Assembly (NCBI GenBank): GCA_963842885.1
Contig: CAWJIE010000003.1
Location: forward strand, 480,001-544,000
Source: an uncultured Nitrososphaerota archaeon
GTDB lineage: Archaea; Thermoproteota; Nitrososphaeria; Conexivisphaerales; DTJL01
DNA length: 64,000 nucleotides
Reading direction: 5' to 3'
Positions within the stretch are counted from its first letter, which is position 1, and every line of letters starts with the position of its first letter. This document shows positions 61,158 to 64,000 of the stretch, piece after piece. Below the pieces are notes generated by a model. The model searched no databases. It was not told the origin of the DNA and was given only the letters and a program-made list of their open reading frames with translations. A program made the position numbers and the translations under genes.

Positions 61158-61790
61158 CTATACTCTTGCCGCGATTTCGTCAACTTTCGATGGTGTCAAG
61201 CCCACGGTCCTGTACGCATCGGAGAGGGCCTTTTTGTTAAACAGCAGATTTGGCACTACCTTCGGCTTCAACGCAGGAGCAGGCTTCTTCCTCAGGGAGC
61301 TACCACGCATTACACTGGCCGTAAGTGAGGGCAATGCCACCGAGGGCGCCGTTGTGCTTCCAGCGGCTGGCCCGAGGACCTTGGCGATAGCTCTGACGAA
61401 GTCTCGCATGTCTTGGATTTCTGATTCGAGTTCCTTCTTGAGTTCTTCGGACGAATCTTTTTCAAGTGCGGCCATTGTAACCCTGAGTTCCTCGATGTAG
61501 CCAATCACTAACACACGCCATCGATTGAGTAGTTTGCGTTCGGGATCATTCTTGTCGTATTCATGGATAATCTCGCACATGTTGTACTGCCAGTCGTCCA
61601 ACGCGGCAGCTTGCTCCGAAGCATCCTGTAACTTGTCGAGGCTTGTCTTTACGTTTCCTAACGAAAACTTTGCGCCAGCGTAGTCCGCGCTCAGGGAATC
61701 AATTTCTAGTGTTCTCTTATCGTATTTTATCAATTTCTTGCAACTAGACTTACCAAGAAACGACGCGATTGCGCTTGAAAGTTCACCCAT
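61158..61790 (-). CDS. Hypothetical protein, low GC
   Basis: 210-aa ORF, AT-rich codons, cttaatag box upstream. Confidence 0.65.
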   Translation of the reverse strand: MGELSSAIASFLGKSSCKKLIKYDKRTLEIDSLSADYAGAKFSLGNVKTSLDKLQDASEQAAALDDWQYNMCEIIHEYDKNDPERKLLNRWRVLVIGYIEELRVTMAALEKDSSEELKKELESEIQDMRDFVRAIAKVLGPAAGSTTAPSVALPSLTASVMRGSSLRKKPAPALKPKVVPNLLFNKKALSDAYRTVGLTPSKVDEIAARV

Positions 61791-62003
61791 CTTGTAGATT
61801 AAAAGAGTTCTCTTCTATTAAGTCTGTCGACTTTCATCTGGCCGCTTAGGCTCCTGACGGCCTCCCCTCCTCTGGTCTGACCGGGGGGTCTTGTCAGAGA
61901 CCCTTCTTTCGTGAGCAGAAGAACAGGAAGTTCAGTTGGGAAGGTTACCTAGTGATCCATCAAGAGTTGTATGTAGTTATATCTGCTGACCTTCTAGACC
62001 ATC

Positions 62004-62624
62004 ATGGAAGAGGTCGCAATCAGCCGAAAGCCTGCGGGTGTGGGGGATGCAGCTGCGAGCTACAACGCCATCAAGGAATTCGAAGGCAGGAAGTACACTG
62101 GAATGAGGGTTGGCGGTAGCCATAGCTGGTACTATCGGCAGGGGGAATGGAAGGAGACGAAGGTCGCTCCTGACAGATGGCAATTTACCTACGCTGTGAA
62201 GAAACTGAGGAAATGGAACGCGCCCGAAGGATCAGGGGCTCCTGTGGGCACCGAATACCACTGGTACATACTTGCCCGCCAGGATGTGCGGAAGCTCAAT
62301 GCCAATGAATACACCACTTCCATGACGGGGGTGAAATACAAACTAGCTCATCGGCGAGCGGATAGTGAAGAATGGAGCGCGAGCGAGCGGGCCCAGCTCA
62401 GACGATTGATCAAGATATTCGAAGAGAATATCATCCAGCTGCGGCACGAGCTGGGGGAAGCGGAGAAGGAGCTGGGGGCGGTGCCTCGGGAAGCGGAACC
62501 CTTCGTCATGACGACAGATAAGCGACGGGAAGCGATGACCGGCGGCCGGAGGATCCCGCCGAGGGATTCGCCCCCTAGCGCCATGACAGCACAGCCGCCG
62601 CTTGAGATGTACATGGTGCCCTGA
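62004..62624 (+). CDS. Hypothetical Trp/Tyr-rich protein
   Basis: YTGMRVGGSHSWYY..GEWKETK, APEGSG.PVGTEYHWYI; ttatat box upstream. Confidence 0.75.
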   Translation: MEEVAISRKPAGVGDAAASYNAIKEFEGRKYTGMRVGGSHSWYYRQGEWKETKVAPDRWQFTYAVKKLRKWNAPEGSGAPVGTEYHWYILARQDVRKLNANEYTTSMTGVKYKLAHRRADSEEWSASERAQLRRLIKIFEENIIQLRHELGEAEKELGAVPREAEPFVMTTDKRREAMTGGRRIPPRDSPPSAMTAQPPLEMYMVP

Positions 62625-62709
62625 GCAAGGGTTTGCTGCCTGAATCGCTCCTTCATACCAGGATAGGGGCATAGGATGCTGTGTTCTCTCGTATTATCAA
62701 GAGAGCGGC

Positions 62710-62790
62710 GACCTGGGGTCGGGCGGTACTAGTACCTATCACGGGTTCAAGTCCTAAGAACTTGGTATGGGACTTGGGATGTCAGCGCAT
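62710..62790 (+). repeat. Motif E copy
   Basis: gacctggggtcgggcggtactagtacctatcacgggttcaagtc aligns with the copy at ~43492-43535. Confidence 0.75.
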
Positions 62791-62859
62791 CTTTGCCAGT
62801 GAACCGTTGGACCTGCCAACAAAACCTGTAATACCGATATGCCCGTTTCATTCGACAGC

Positions 62860-63609
62860 CTAGGGGGACCACGGCTTCGCCCTCTCCCACTGATCGCGGA
62901 AGAGGTCGCCCGCCCAGCCGAGAAATATTGGGTCCCTACCATAGAAGCCAGCATAGTCTACCCCCCCTCCAATCAGACGAAGGCACACGACGGCCTCCTT
63001 GTCCGTGATGGCCATGATCGCTGGGATGTCGGAGAGGCTCCTCACTTCGACGTTTTGTGCGGTTGCAGGCGGGCTCACGTTAGCAAGAAGGAGACGCTCT
63101 GGAGTGAGGAACCTGAACTTCACTCCCTTGCTGGTCTTTTCGTTCACCGTTCTCCCTGCAGATTCGAGGGCCTGTTCTCCAATGGCCCACACGAACTCCT
63201 CGGCCTCGCTGAACATCTTTCCAACCCTGTTGAAGTTCTCTATCGTGTCCGTCGTCAGTTCCGTCTGTGAGAGCTCCCCTATCCTGTTCACGAACTGATG
63301 GGGGAGGCAGGAGACGTCATGATTCAGGAAGTACTCCCTGTGCTTGAATATGAACTCCGAAGAGGCGGAGAGGTGGAGCTCGAGTCTGCCATATTCCGTG
63401 ATGGTGTAGGAACCATCGGGCTTCCTTCGGATGAGGGAGGCCTCGCTCAAGCGTTGCAGCTGCCTGACAGCTTCTGTCGCAGTCATGTCGAGTCGGCGAG
63501 CAACCTCCTGAGTCTTGAGATCTTTCTTCTGTAGCTCACGCAGAATGCCGAGCCTGCTTTCACTGGCAAGTTCGAGGAACAGCCTTTCGACTCCTTCTCG
63601 GTCTTCCAA
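62860..63609 (-). CDS. ArsR-like HTH transcriptional regulator with C-terminal archaeal domain
   Basis: LASESRLGIL, EA.RQLQRL, Y.IT.YG, F..WA.DLF...W; start uncertain. Confidence 0.8.
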   Translation of the reverse strand: MEDREGVERLFLELASESRLGILRELQKKDLKTQEVARRLDMTATEAVRQLQRLSEASLIRRKPDGSYTITEYGRLELHLSASSEFIFKHREYFLNHDVSCLPHQFVNRIGELSQTELTTDTIENFNRVGKMFSEAEEFVWAIGEQALESAGRTVNEKTSKGVKFRFLTPERLLLANVSPPATAQNVEVRSLSDIPAIMAITDKEAVVCLRLIGGGVDYAGFYGRDPIFLGWAGDLFRDQWERAKPWSP

Positions 63610-64000
63610 GCTCCTTCGCCGATGTTCAAGCGTTTGCGTCTCCACATTATTATCCGTTGCACACCCCATCGAACAGAGAGAGTCACCACCGCCCTTCGGA
63701 CCAATGTAAGATTGTACACAGCTTTGCTTACCGGTGAACATCTGAATCAACCAAGGATTATCGGCACCGCTATCGGCACCACTGACTCAGGCAAGTGAAA
63801 TTCGGCAATGTCTGAAAGCAAGATGTTTGAGAAGGAAGAGCTTCTTGCGGACCCCCGGAGGGCGCAAGGCAACGACGGAGATGAAGGGGAATGACGATTC
63901 CAGCCTCGAATGCCGAGACTGCGGACGCTCCATGGAAGAGCCTTTACCGAATTGGTGGGGTGGGGGGCCTAGTTGCAGGGACACTCATCGTAATTGACCT

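Noticed and set aside
62722-62760. tRNA gene from gggttcaagtcc
   Set aside because: T-stem is not closed and no acceptor, D or anticodon arms are present; kept only as motif E.
2165-62790. Dispersed repeats as a CRISPR array
   Set aside because: Copies vary in length, lie kilobases apart, are protein-coding and have no cas genes nearby.
63759-63782. 12-bp tandem tatcggcacc(g/a)c
   Set aside because: Two short copies only, no further support.

Overview
GC-rich archaeal chromosome segment. The TFB/TBP, ESCRT-III, PolB2, XPB-Bax1 and nuclease-less Hef genes suggest a Nitrososphaerota/TACK lineage (inference). It holds about 55 genes as functionally unrelated single genes or 2-4-gene operons: sufBC, a PolB2 cassette, ABC/ECF/MFS/APC transporters, AMP phosphorylase, nurA-herA, tfb, tbp, an ESCRT-III paralog, acs-satP, hef/xpb/bax1 and a stand-alone CHAT protein. 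No tRNA, rRNA, CRISPR array, transposase or integrase was recognised. The main signal is intergenic. One intact ~1.1-kb module at 42496-43590 (69-aa gene A on minus, divergent ~174-aa gene B on plus, downstream motif E) has left more than 20 diverged fragments across the window. All share one orientation, all lie between gene units, several abut neighbouring stop codons, and some are fused to each other at microhomologies. Two further co-oriented repeat families (C, D) behave similarly. This looks like a gene-accretion or shuffling array punctuated by decaying copies of a two-gene module; the mechanism is inferred, not shown. Alignments were done by eye, so fragment ends are approximate.
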